Of a stretch of DNA of 64,000 bases, positions 45,701 through 53,617 are shown piece by piece (position 1 is the stretch's first letter; each line of letters opens with the position of its first letter). The DNA comes from Chloroflexota bacterium (lineage in GTDB: Bacteria; Chloroflexota; Anaerolineae; CG2-30-64-16). The notes beneath the pieces were generated by a model. That model ran no database searches and had not been told where the DNA came from. It saw nothing but the letters and a program-made list of their open reading frames with translations. Both the position numbers and the translations under genes were made by a program. The DNA is taken from assembly GCA_016876015.1 (NCBI GenBank), contig VGOD01000005.1, forward strand, positions 2,950 to 66,949, in the 5' to 3' direction.

Positions 45701-46544
45701 CAGCGATCCGGCCCGCGGGGTTTTCACTTTCGATGGGCCGCAGGCGCAGGGCGCGGTCGGCTTCATGGCCGGCCGCAGCGTGGCGCTCGCCAACCTGGCG
45801 CTGGCGGTCTCGCCGAATACGGCGCAGTTCGCGGCCGTCACCCTGCAGAGCCGCGACGGGCTGCCCCTGGCGACCTCCACGGCGATGCTGCTGGGCGTCT
45901 TCACGCGCGTCGAGAACACCGGCCAGGTCTGGAACGCTGGCGAGACCTCACTGGACGATCGTTGGGGCGCTGCGCCCGCGCTGATCGAGCCGATCAGCTT
46001 AACGCTCACGCTGACCGTGACGAACCCCGCGGCCGTGCAGCTCTGGGCGCTAGATGCGACAGGCGCGAAGCTGGCGGCCATCCCGATGCAGGTGGTCGGG
46101 CCGGCGCAGGCGTGGTTCACGATCAACACCGCCGTATCGGGAAGCGTCTGGTACGCCGCGGGTCGGCGACAACGCACCCTGCTGCCGTGGGTAGGCCGAG
46201 ACGCCGCGGCCACAGGCCAGCAGACAGTCTACTTTGCGGTGGGCCGGTCTCTGGCGGCGCCCGCGCTCACGGCCGGCCGCGAGGGACAGGACGTGAGCCT
46301 GAGCTGGCCGCCTGTGCCCGGCGCGAAGTTGTACCAGGTGTACCGTGCGGTCAACGCCCCGTATTTCGTCCCGACCACGCCCTATTCGATCACCTACACA
46401 CCCGTCTTCCGTGATCTTGGTGCGACCGGCGACCCGGCTGCCAATTTCACCTACATAGTGACCGCGGCCAACCGCTTCGGCGAATCGGCCATGGGGAAGC
46501 GGATTGGCGAGTTCGACTTCGCCCTGGCGGCCGGCCAGCCGTGA
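42759..46544 (+). CDS. Secreted multidomain glycoside-hydrolase-like protein (GH5-like TIM barrel, two CBM4/9-like modules, FN3-like C-terminal module)
   Basis: Signal MRLRSFLLRGLRVPATVLALLVLSGG. FWGTNLTF, FNAVRLHHMD, VETTNEDS (GH5-like). NPGFEAGFDDWHLW and NGSFEAGQTAWDT (CBM-like). C-terminal LSWPPVPGAKLYQVYRAVNAPYF...FTYIVTAAN...KRIGEFDFALAAGQP. Confidence 0.55.
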   Translation: MRLRSFLLRGLRVPATVLALLVLSGGLPLGSGQPLAASPGQPQTDQTGWFPFVLPWDDAAPTLTDASDLLLDAAGQDPASLIDVRGRVVTTADGHFAFSNTGRRARFWGTNLTFSAAFPPSPDYPPAPGEFGDVHAAEKLASRLAKLGFNAVRLHHMDHSGRPAGIWLDPWQDTLALDPVQLGRLDYLIYQLRRHAIYVDLNLHVSRQFTLNDGVTDADRFDQTHSPYNQGATLFDPVMIALQQRYVGQLLAHVNPYTGLAYRDDPAIFTVETTNEDSFGRSFAGDALNFDPADPRSFPAFYSQELDGWSRLSAAGPRINRLRNPGFEAGFDDWHLWVAGASQAAAETAAGGLAGGQALRVAVTQSDGVPWHVQLIQAGLALQEGRAYRLSFAARGDAPGTVYAAVMRDAAPWDALGWSAALNLTTSWVTRTVEFTATETVFGQARVSFDLGATTGVYWFDQFSFQEVDAFRGWQGWLEDRYGSTAALAAAWAPASAAPETELLANGSFEAGQTAWDTSLHEAARATWTVDATTATSGTHSLRVDVTQVDGIDWHVQLGQGGLAVQTGQRYRLRFDARASAAGAIGANVKQNHAPWGGLGLWGTAELTTAWQTFEFIFRATADDADAQVGFDIGQAVLVIWFDAVSLTPYNPVGLLPGESLEAGNVRRIRRTELEAFTPQRLRDTLHFYDDVQRAYFTEMRSVIRSVFSGLEPSGGLVREREQPAKASSPTRQATILGLEAERLASGFPLNTGTASDNLTDISAMADLDFVDNHYYWDHPWWLGVPAWSPTGWIISNQAWVNSPFAGLFDTAVAAVKGKPFTVTEFNQPFPNRYAVEAPIFFATVGAFQDWDGVFQFDYASDQNDYDATRVMNFFDLAGNPLATAMMPVAARLFLGGAIAPAPAQTDLSFTRAERYDSAAYGWSGGLGDFLRQAKGAADAALFGGRLRIADLDAATPVTPSLPAPAGPIYRSAGGQLTWDVSDPARGVFTFDGPQAQGAVGFMAGRSVALANLALAVSPNTAQFAAVTLQSRDGLPLATSTAMLLGVFTRVENTGQVWNAGETSLDDRWGAAPALIEPISLTLTLTVTNPAAVQLWALDATGAKLAAIPMQVVGPAQAWFTINTAVSGSVWYAAGRRQRTLLPWVGRDAAATGQQTVYFAVGRSLAAPALTAGREGQDVSLSWPPVPGAKLYQVYRAVNAPYFVPTTPYSITYTPVFRDLGATGDPAANFTYIVTAANRFGESAMGKRIGEFDFALAAGQP

Positions 46545-47016
46545 GGAGGGCGGTCAGAGGTTCATGAGTACCTGCAACGAGTTCCTATTGCCCATCGGCC
46601 GGCCGCGTTTCAGGATCACGGACAAGCATCTCGACGCACAACCTTGAACCGCGTCCATGTTTTTTGCGCGATCGTGTAGGCTGATGTATACTGCCTCTAG
46701 CACTTTGAGTCGCTTCGTCATGATGCAACATATCTGACCGATCCCTATGATCGACTCTTCACCCGGTGCCTGAATGCTCAGGCTCCGGACTTCACGACCT
46801 CGAATCCAGCCTTGCCTTCAAAGGCAAGCTCGTCTGATCACCGCCCGTCTGGAGACAGGGGCCCTTGTCATCATGAGACACGAGTGAGGCTGCTCCATCT
46901 CGCCACAACATAGAACCCCATAGCTCACAGGTGTCTATCAAGCCGCCTTCTGTCACTTCAGAAGATAGACCACGCGACTGCCCCTTAGCCGGGGTCATCA
47001 GGACAAGGAGGATCCC

Positions 47017-47856
47017 ATGGTGAGCATAGTGGATTCAGTGCGTCAGCAGGCCGACAAGGCAGCTTTCGAAGCGGACAAGTTGATTCGTATCCGACGCGAG
47101 CAAGCCGTCATTGACCAATTGCGACGTGATGTCAAGACTCAACTTGATGCGCTCGGACAGACAGTTCTGACTGTTTATCGCAGGCGCGAAGTTGATCACC
47201 CAGAACTGACAGCGATCGGCCAACGGATTGACGCGTTGGATGGCCAGATCAAGCAGCACGAAAAGACCATCGAGCAAATCCGGGCCGAACAGTTGACCGC
47301 AACGCCATCTCAGCCCACCCAGCCCTGCCCGCGCTGCCGCAAGCCGGTTCCCGCCATAGCCACTTTTTGCCCCCACTGTGGCGCCTCCATCCCCAAGCCA
47401 GCCCCTGGCGGCACGCCTTGCCGCAACTGCGGTGTCTTGATACCGGCGAATGCCGGTTTCTGTCCCAACTGCGGCGCCAAGAAGGTCGCCGAGCCTTCGC
47501 CGGTCCGTTGTGTCAACTGTGGAGCCATTCTGACAACCGGCGCGTCGTTCTGTCCTGACTGCGGTACGCGCGTCGGACAGGTAGTCGCGTCTGTGATTCC
47601 AGCCACCATGGCGCCCACCAGCCCCGCGCCCTCTATTACCGTGCCCGCGCCTCCAGTGCCAGTTGCGGAAGGCGCCTCTGTGGCAGAGACCGAGACTGTC
47701 CCTGGTGGCTCGGACATGCAGTCACCAACTCAAGATCAGACCGAACCGGAGCCGATCGCTCCGGCAGGGCCGGCGGGGAAAGCTTGCTCCAACTGTCAGG
47801 CCAGTTTGCCGCAGGAAGCCGTCTTCTGCCCCGATTGCGGTACTCGCCTGGCGTGA
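47017..47856 (+). CDS. Cytoplasmic coiled-coil protein with four zinc ribbons
   Basis: CPRCRKPVPAIATFCPHCG, CRNCGVLIPANAGFCPNCG, CVNCGAILTTGASFCPDCG, CSNCQASLPQEAVFCPDCG. No TM helix. SD aaggagg. Confidence 0.7.
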   Translation: MVSIVDSVRQQADKAAFEADKLIRIRREQAVIDQLRRDVKTQLDALGQTVLTVYRRREVDHPELTAIGQRIDALDGQIKQHEKTIEQIRAEQLTATPSQPTQPCPRCRKPVPAIATFCPHCGASIPKPAPGGTPCRNCGVLIPANAGFCPNCGAKKVAEPSPVRCVNCGAILTTGASFCPDCGTRVGQVVASVIPATMAPTSPAPSITVPAPPVPVAEGASVAETETVPGGSDMQSPTQDQTEPEPIAPAGPAGKACSNCQASLPQEAVFCPDCGTRLA

Positions 47857-47883
47857 ACAGTATGGTGTGAGAGGAGGCTCTCG

Positions 47884-49482
47884 ATGCGTTGCAGCAATTG
47901 CGGCACAGAGAACGCCGAAGGCATCGCTTTCTGTATGAACTGCGGTACACGCCTGTCGTCGCTCGAACCATCTCAGTCGCGGACACAATCTTCCCCTAAA
48001 GCGCAAGGACTGCTGAATCGTCGGCTTTTGCTGTATATCCTGGGAGTTGTCGCGGTGCTGGCTCTCGTCGCCGTCATCGTTCGTCTCCTCACAGCGCGAC
48101 AGACTGGCATCGCCGTCACCCCCAAGCTCATCATTTCACAGAGCGAACGCGCCGGCCTGGTCTTGCAGACGTTGGACCTATCGGGTGCTACCAAACCCCT
48201 GCAGTTGGCACCTTTGCCGAGCCTTGACCTGAATGGACTGTCGGTTGATCGCGGCGCCTACCAGGATGGCTCATCCGCGCGATACCGGCAACGATGGACC
48301 TGGAGCCAGGCTTACGTCAGCCCGGACGGTAAGTATTGCTTGCTGGCCGTCAGGGAGGTCGGCGCGTGGACGCTTCTGCGCTTCAATCTGAATGACGGCG
48401 AGCCGCTGGAATTCCTGCGGGAGGCGCAGAACATCCAGGTGTTTGTGGACGCTTCCAGCCAACGATTCATCGTTCAGACCTCGACGCGGCGAGGCAGGAA
48501 CGTCCAGATCGGTGATCTGGCGGCGGGCAATCTGACCACGTTGATCGAGGGCGCTGATGAAGCTTCAGCCCGACCCAGCGCAGACTGGCAGTCTGTGGCT
48601 TACACTGCGCGCTATGGCGGCAACAGCGCCTACTATATGACTGGCATTGACGGACGTCAGTCTCGCGCCCTGGTGTCTTCTTCTGCAACAGCGGCGCCTT
48701 TCACCAGTGACGGCAAGCACGTGTATTTTTCGGCCGATGACACGCTGTACCGCAGGAACATGAACGGCGGTCTGCCCGAACGCCTGCTCACCGGCCGTGG
48801 CGGAAACCTTTCCGTCATTGGCGTCAATCCGCAGGGCGACCGGATATTGGTGATGGCGACGGGCGGCGGCGCTTCAGACCTGCAATTACTGCGCAGCGAT
48901 GGGAGCGAGCGCGTGAGCCTGGTACGCAATGTCAAGAGCGTCAAGGGCGCGGCGTTTTCGGCCGACGGTCAACGCCTCTTGGTCTGGACGAACGAAACGG
49001 ACGGCGACAGTCTACTGCTCTTCGATGGCCATGGCCAAAGCCAGCGAGCGGTCTTCCGAGCAGCGCAAAGCACCTTGATGCAGTGGCTCGCCAGTAACCG
49101 ATTCCTCTACGCGCTGCAAGAGCGTGATGGTCTGATGACGCTATATACCGAAACCGTTGATGGCAAGGAATCCAAACGCCTGGCCGAGGGGTATCAGAGA
49201 GTTGACCAGGTGGCGTCCAGCCCGGCCGGTTATCTTGCCTTCGCAGGCGTCAAGGATGGCAAAACGTTGCTGCACTCGATGAAACTGGGCCAGTCTCAAC
49301 CACAGTCGATTGATGAGACGAAGGGCCGCTTTGTATCCGTATGGCTGGCGCCTGGCGGCCGGGTCGTGTACCAGGTAGATGACAGCAATCGGTCGAGCAT
49401 CTATGTCGCGGATAACGATGGCAAGAACAGGCGCCTGCTGGCCGATAACGCTACCATCGTGGCCGCCAATCTTTATCGTTGA
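47884..49482 (+). CDS. Zinc ribbon - TM - TolB-like (PD40) beta-propeller protein
   Basis: MRCSNCGTENAEGIAFCMNCGTRL. TM LLLYILGVVAVLALVAVIV. Repeats such as VSPDGKYCLLA, FTSDGKHVYFS, FSADGQRLLVW. Confidence 0.7.
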   Translation: MRCSNCGTENAEGIAFCMNCGTRLSSLEPSQSRTQSSPKAQGLLNRRLLLYILGVVAVLALVAVIVRLLTARQTGIAVTPKLIISQSERAGLVLQTLDLSGATKPLQLAPLPSLDLNGLSVDRGAYQDGSSARYRQRWTWSQAYVSPDGKYCLLAVREVGAWTLLRFNLNDGEPLEFLREAQNIQVFVDASSQRFIVQTSTRRGRNVQIGDLAAGNLTTLIEGADEASARPSADWQSVAYTARYGGNSAYYMTGIDGRQSRALVSSSATAAPFTSDGKHVYFSADDTLYRRNMNGGLPERLLTGRGGNLSVIGVNPQGDRILVMATGGGASDLQLLRSDGSERVSLVRNVKSVKGAAFSADGQRLLVWTNETDGDSLLLFDGHGQSQRAVFRAAQSTLMQWLASNRFLYALQERDGLMTLYTETVDGKESKRLAEGYQRVDQVASSPAGYLAFAGVKDGKTLLHSMKLGQSQPQSIDETKGRFVSVWLAPGGRVVYQVDDSNRSSIYVADNDGKNRRLLADNATIVAANLYR

Positions 49483-49517
49483 GCGTCAACAGTCCTGTCA
49501 GTCTCAAGGAGGAAGCA

Positions 49518-51776
49518 ATGTTCCGCAGCCTCTTGGCCCGATGCCTGCTCATTACGATTTGTCTGCTGGCGCTTCTGCCGGTTCATGCTGCCCGCGCCGA
49601 TGAAGGCGTCTGGACGACTACCACAATCGCCTCTCTAGGCCCCCGCAGCCTGGCGATCAACCCAGAGAACCCGGGCATCGTGTATGCGTTGGCGTCGCAG
49701 TTGTTGGTCAGTCGCGACGGCGGCGCTGCGTGGGCGGTGGCGCCTGAAAGTCAGGCTGGCATCACACAACTGGTCTTCGATCCGTTGACGCCGGCCATCA
49801 TGTATGCTGTCGCCAACGGTCAACTGTTGAAACGCACCAGCGCCAGCCAGCCTTGGGCCCCGGTCGCGCCCGGTGTGTTGCAAGGCGTAACGAGCGTGAC
49901 GGTCAACCCGACCAATCCCAATCAGTTGTGGGTCGTCACCGGAACAGGCCTCTTTCGCTCCAACGATGCCGGCGTTTCCTGGGCCAGCGGTAAAGTGCCG
50001 GCGACCGGTCAGATAACTGCCTTTGCTTTGGGTCGGCCTGATCCAAAGCGCCTCTACGTGTGGAGTTCCGGTCAAGGTTTTTTCTACAGCCAGGATGATG
50101 GTGCAAGCTGGGTCAGGACCGGCAAAGGACTCGAAGGCAAAGGTGACCTAGAGATACTCCAGGTGGACGGTGCGACGGCCGGAGCTCTATATGCCCAGGT
50201 CAGGGGCGTGCTTCTGGCGTCTTCAGACCACGGCGCGAATTGGGCGCCGGTCACGCCGGCTGACCGCAACTACTACTCTAGCAATTTGTTGTGGACAACT
50301 GGCGACGGAGGCACCCTCTACACGACCAACGGCGCCATACTACATCGCAGCCGCGACCGCGGCGCAAGCTGGCAGGCCCTCCAACCGCCCAATTTCCGCA
50401 ACGTCGCTGCGCTGTTCGTGGATCCCAGAAGCCCCGCGGTATTATACGCGCTGGCCGATGGCACAGTGCTGAAGAGTTTCGATGCCGGCGCCAACTGGAC
50501 GCCGCCGCCAAAGCCCAGTCCTCAAATCATTGCTGCCCATCCGGCCGATCCGGCCATCCTGTTCGCGAATGGCGGCGGAGCCTTTCCTCAGGGGGCTTTG
50601 CGCAGTGGGGATGGCGGAGAAACGTGGGCGCGAATGACAGGCTGGCCTGAAAACCTGACATGGAGCGTAAGATACTTCACCCCCGGCAACCCGAATCGTA
50701 TGCTCGCCGGCGCCGGCAACGCGCTGCTGGTAAGCGCCGACTCAGGGCAGAGTTGGCAATCCACCGGAATGCCTACCACAGGCGCGCCACGCGCAATCGC
50801 CACGCAGCCGGGCAATGACGCCGTAATAATGGTCTCACTCGGCCAGGTGATCTTGCGCAGCGATAACAGCGGCGCGGCCTGGGCGTCGTCGCAGTTACCC
50901 AACAATGTGGCAGTCAACGCCTTGTGGATCGCGCCCGACAACGCGCGCCGCGTTCTGGCGGCCACGAATGCCGGCATCTACCGATCGGAAGACGGCGGCG
51001 CCACCTGGCAAATCGTGACGGGTTTGCCCCAGGGGAACTACGCACAACTGTGGCCTGGCGTTCAACCCGGGCAAGTCTACACCAACGGCGACAGAGGCGT
51101 GGCGGTCAGCGACGACGGCGGTCAACGCTGGAGCAACCAGGGCATCAGCCTCTCACCGGACAGATACCTCCAGGTGTGGCCCGATTGGCGCGACCCTGGC
51201 GTGCTGTACACGGTATTCCAGAACAGGGCATACGTCAGCCCCAATCGCGGACAGCATTGGGTACCCCTGGGGTCAGCCTTGCCGCGCCAGGTGCGTACCC
51301 TGGCGGTTGATGGCGCGACACCCCGCCACCTGTACATCAGCGACGACGCGCTCAACCTGTGGCGGTTCACGCTGCCGGCCATTCCACCCACACCCACCGC
51401 GACGCCGACGCTCACTCCAACTGCGACGCGCACGCCCTTGCCGACCCCGACCGCGACGCCCACGGCCACCTATACGCCTACCCCGCGGCCGCAGGCCAAG
51501 GTAATCGTGCTGACACCGCCGACGCCACTGCCCGTTTCGACGCAAAGTGGCTCCTCCAGCGGAGGCCCCGGCCTGCTGCCGATCCTCTTGGGCGGTGGCC
51601 TTATCATCGTTCTCGGGGCTGGCGCGTTCCTGTGGTTCCGCAGGCGTTCGGCAGTGACCCCGGTGGCGCCGCCGTCAGCCACGACGCATGTTGCATCCGT
51701 GTTCTGCCCGCATTGCGGTCAACCTAACCCCGGTGGAGGGCGTTTCTGCATGTCCTGTGGTAAGTCGTTAGTCTGA
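49518..51776 (+). CDS. Signal peptide - Asp-box (BNR) beta-propellers - PT linker - TM - C-terminal zinc ribbon protein
   Basis: MFRSLLARCLLITICLLALLPVHAARA. At least 11 S-x-D-x-G-x-x-W boxes (SRDGGAAW ... SDDGGQRW). PTPTATPTLTPTATRTPLPTPTATPTATYTPTP. TM LLPILLGGGLIIVLGAGAFLWF. FCPHCGQPNPGGGRFCMSCG. Confidence 0.75.
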   Translation: MFRSLLARCLLITICLLALLPVHAARADEGVWTTTTIASLGPRSLAINPENPGIVYALASQLLVSRDGGAAWAVAPESQAGITQLVFDPLTPAIMYAVANGQLLKRTSASQPWAPVAPGVLQGVTSVTVNPTNPNQLWVVTGTGLFRSNDAGVSWASGKVPATGQITAFALGRPDPKRLYVWSSGQGFFYSQDDGASWVRTGKGLEGKGDLEILQVDGATAGALYAQVRGVLLASSDHGANWAPVTPADRNYYSSNLLWTTGDGGTLYTTNGAILHRSRDRGASWQALQPPNFRNVAALFVDPRSPAVLYALADGTVLKSFDAGANWTPPPKPSPQIIAAHPADPAILFANGGGAFPQGALRSGDGGETWARMTGWPENLTWSVRYFTPGNPNRMLAGAGNALLVSADSGQSWQSTGMPTTGAPRAIATQPGNDAVIMVSLGQVILRSDNSGAAWASSQLPNNVAVNALWIAPDNARRVLAATNAGIYRSEDGGATWQIVTGLPQGNYAQLWPGVQPGQVYTNGDRGVAVSDDGGQRWSNQGISLSPDRYLQVWPDWRDPGVLYTVFQNRAYVSPNRGQHWVPLGSALPRQVRTLAVDGATPRHLYISDDALNLWRFTLPAIPPTPTATPTLTPTATRTPLPTPTATPTATYTPTPRPQAKVIVLTPPTPLPVSTQSGSSSGGPGLLPILLGGGLIIVLGAGAFLWFRRRSAVTPVAPPSATTHVASVFCPHCGQPNPGGGRFCMSCGKSLV

Positions 51777-51798
51777 TGATGATCTATCTGCCAGGAGA

Positions 51799-52353
51799 TT
51801 GATGATGACGCGATTCCTTCACAAAAGGGCTGGCTCAACCCGCATCGGAGCGGTCTTGGCGCTGTTTGTCGTGGCTGCCCTGCTCAGCGCATGTGGCGCC
51901 ATCCTGGAGACCGATCTCACCATCTATGCCGATGAGCGGTATGTCACCACGATGACGATCACGGCGCCGGCCGAGACGATCGCGATGATCGGCGGTCCGG
52001 CGGCCATGAAGTCGCAACTGGATCAGTGGGCGGCGGAGGCTAAGGCGCAGGGAGCGCAGGCCAAATGGTACCAGGGCAAAGCCAAACAGGCCGGCAATAC
52101 CGTCTACGTGCTCGAGATGAGCGGAAAGGGCTTCCAGTCCAAACTTATCCAGGGTACCTTTCGCCTGACCTGGGTGGATTACCAGGGACGCAAGGCGGTC
52201 AAATTCGAGATGTCGCCGCAGTCGCTCTCCAGCGGCATGGCGCTGGGAACCATCACGCTTCACGCTGGCGAGGTGCTATCCAGCAACGGCAGGAAGATCG
52301 GCAATGACGCTGTCCGCTGGGACAATCCCTCAGCAACATGCAAGCTATCGTGA
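51799..52353 (+). CDS. Lipoprotein, unknown function
   Basis: Lipobox ALFVVAALLSAC. 184 aa. Confidence 0.55.
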   Translation: MMMTRFLHKRAGSTRIGAVLALFVVAALLSACGAILETDLTIYADERYVTTMTITAPAETIAMIGGPAAMKSQLDQWAAEAKAQGAQAKWYQGKAKQAGNTVYVLEMSGKGFQSKLIQGTFRLTWVDYQGRKAVKFEMSPQSLSSGMALGTITLHAGEVLSSNGRKIGNDAVRWDNPSATCKLS

Positions 52354-52580
52354 TTCCCAAGGGGCAAACGAGCGCTCTGCTGATCGTGGCGATCCTGATC
52401 GTGCTGCTGATCCTGGCGGCCGGCGGCTATTTCGCCTATCGCCGCGGCTATCTGCGGACAAGTAGCGCGGCTGTTCCTGCGCCCGTCTCATCGAGCGGTT
52501 TCTGTCCCCACTGCGGACAGCCAACCCAGGCCGGAGCGCGCTTCTGTATGAGTTGTGGCAAGGAGATCCCGCCGCGCTGA
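52338..52580 (+). CDS. Small TM protein with C-terminal zinc ribbon
   Basis: TM ALLIVAILIVLLILAAGGYFAY, then RRGYLR and FCPHCGQPTQAGARFCMSCG. Confidence 0.55.
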   Translation: MQAIVIPKGQTSALLIVAILIVLLILAAGGYFAYRRGYLRTSSAAVPAPVSSSGFCPHCGQPTQAGARFCMSCGKEIPPR

Positions 52581-52589
52581 TGGCGGGTA

Positions 52590-52620
52590 GACCCTAAAGG
52601 TCTGCGAGACCTTTAGGGTC
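52590..52620 (+). terminator. Perfect 13-bp-stem hairpin (attenuator/terminator-like, weak U-tract)
   Basis: gaccctaaaggtc (52590-52602), tgcga, gacctttagggtc (52608-52620), followed by tct. Confidence 0.4.
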
Positions 52621-52658
52621 TCTGAGTGGATCCGACCTATCAGAAAGGAGTCACGACT

Positions 52659-53609
52659 ATGGCCTGTCCCAAGTGTGGCGTCCCCGACCCCGGCCCAGGG
52701 CTATTCTGCATGTCCTGCGGCTTCAAGCTGCCGGCATCGCCGGTCACGACTGCACCACCGGCAACCAGACCGCTGTCTGCGCCCGCAGCCGCGGCGCCGC
52801 TCGGCCCACCGGGCCCGGCCGCCGGTGTTCGGCCGGCAGCCATGCCCAGCCCTGCACAGCCAGTCTCGGCTCCCGCCGTTGGTCAGATGGGGAGCATGGG
52901 CACTGTGCCGGTCAGCATTTGGGGGCCGTTTGCGGGCTATGGCACACGCGGCCGGCACGTGTCGTGGCTGATCAACGACCAGGGCGACCGCGCCGACGCC
53001 TTACGCGATGCAGCCACCGCGCGCTTCGAGCGCCGAGAGATCCCGCGGGCCACCGTCCAGCGGATGACCCTGCTGCGCCAGGGCATCCTCGTGGACAGCC
53101 GTCCCTACTTCCTCATCCGCCGCGGCCTGGCGACCGCCGGACTCTATATCGCACGGTTTGGGCAGGATCTCTACGTCTCGCAGGTCACTTACTTCAAGGG
53201 GCCAATCAGCAGCATACGCGTCCTGCTCGTTGCGTTGATGGCGCTTTTCATCATCGTCTACCCACCGATATACAACAACGCCCTGAGCAGCGTCAACCTT
53301 AATCTGCTGGGAGGCTCGGTCTCGGGTCTCGACAGCCTCATGACCCTGACTTGTTGTCTTGGCCCTATCTATCTGCTGGACTATCTTGCGTTGGGCCTGT
53401 TAGTCTTGTTCAGCGCCTACAAATGGCTGACGGAAAAAGACCTGCTGGCCGCGCTGCGCGTGCCGCCGAACGAATTCGACACCGACGACATCGTCGCCCT
53501 GGAGAAGTCAGTCGAACAGACGGTGCGTGAAGCGCTGGATGTGGTAGGCATCGAGCAGCGGCTGATGCCTCAAGCAGCCGAGTACGGCATGCGTCGCCGT
53601 CTGATCTGA
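52659..53609 (+). CDS. Zinc ribbon - Pro-rich linker - globular region - polytopic membrane protein; upstream partner of the ATPase
   Basis: ATG 52659 MACPKCGVPDPGPGLFCMSCG. SD aaaggag. TM segments VLLVALMALFIIVYPP and LGPIYLLDYLALGLLVLFSAY. Ends 8 nt before ATG 53618. Confidence 0.6.
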   Translation: MACPKCGVPDPGPGLFCMSCGFKLPASPVTTAPPATRPLSAPAAAAPLGPPGPAAGVRPAAMPSPAQPVSAPAVGQMGSMGTVPVSIWGPFAGYGTRGRHVSWLINDQGDRADALRDAATARFERREIPRATVQRMTLLRQGILVDSRPYFLIRRGLATAGLYIARFGQDLYVSQVTYFKGPISSIRVLLVALMALFIIVYPPIYNNALSSVNLNLLGGSVSGLDSLMTLTCCLGPIYLLDYLALGLLVLFSAYKWLTEKDLLAALRVPPNEFDTDDIVALEKSVEQTVREALDVVGIEQRLMPQAAEYGMRRRLI

Positions 53610-53617
53610 CCCTGCCC

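Noticed and set aside
51380-51490. Periodic acgccgac/ccgaccgcgacgcc repeats as a tandem DNA repeat or mini-array.
   Set aside because: They lie in frame within 49518..51776 and encode a Pro/Thr linker (PTPTATPTLTPTATRTPLPTPTATPTATYTPTP). This is coding low complexity, not an independent repeat feature.
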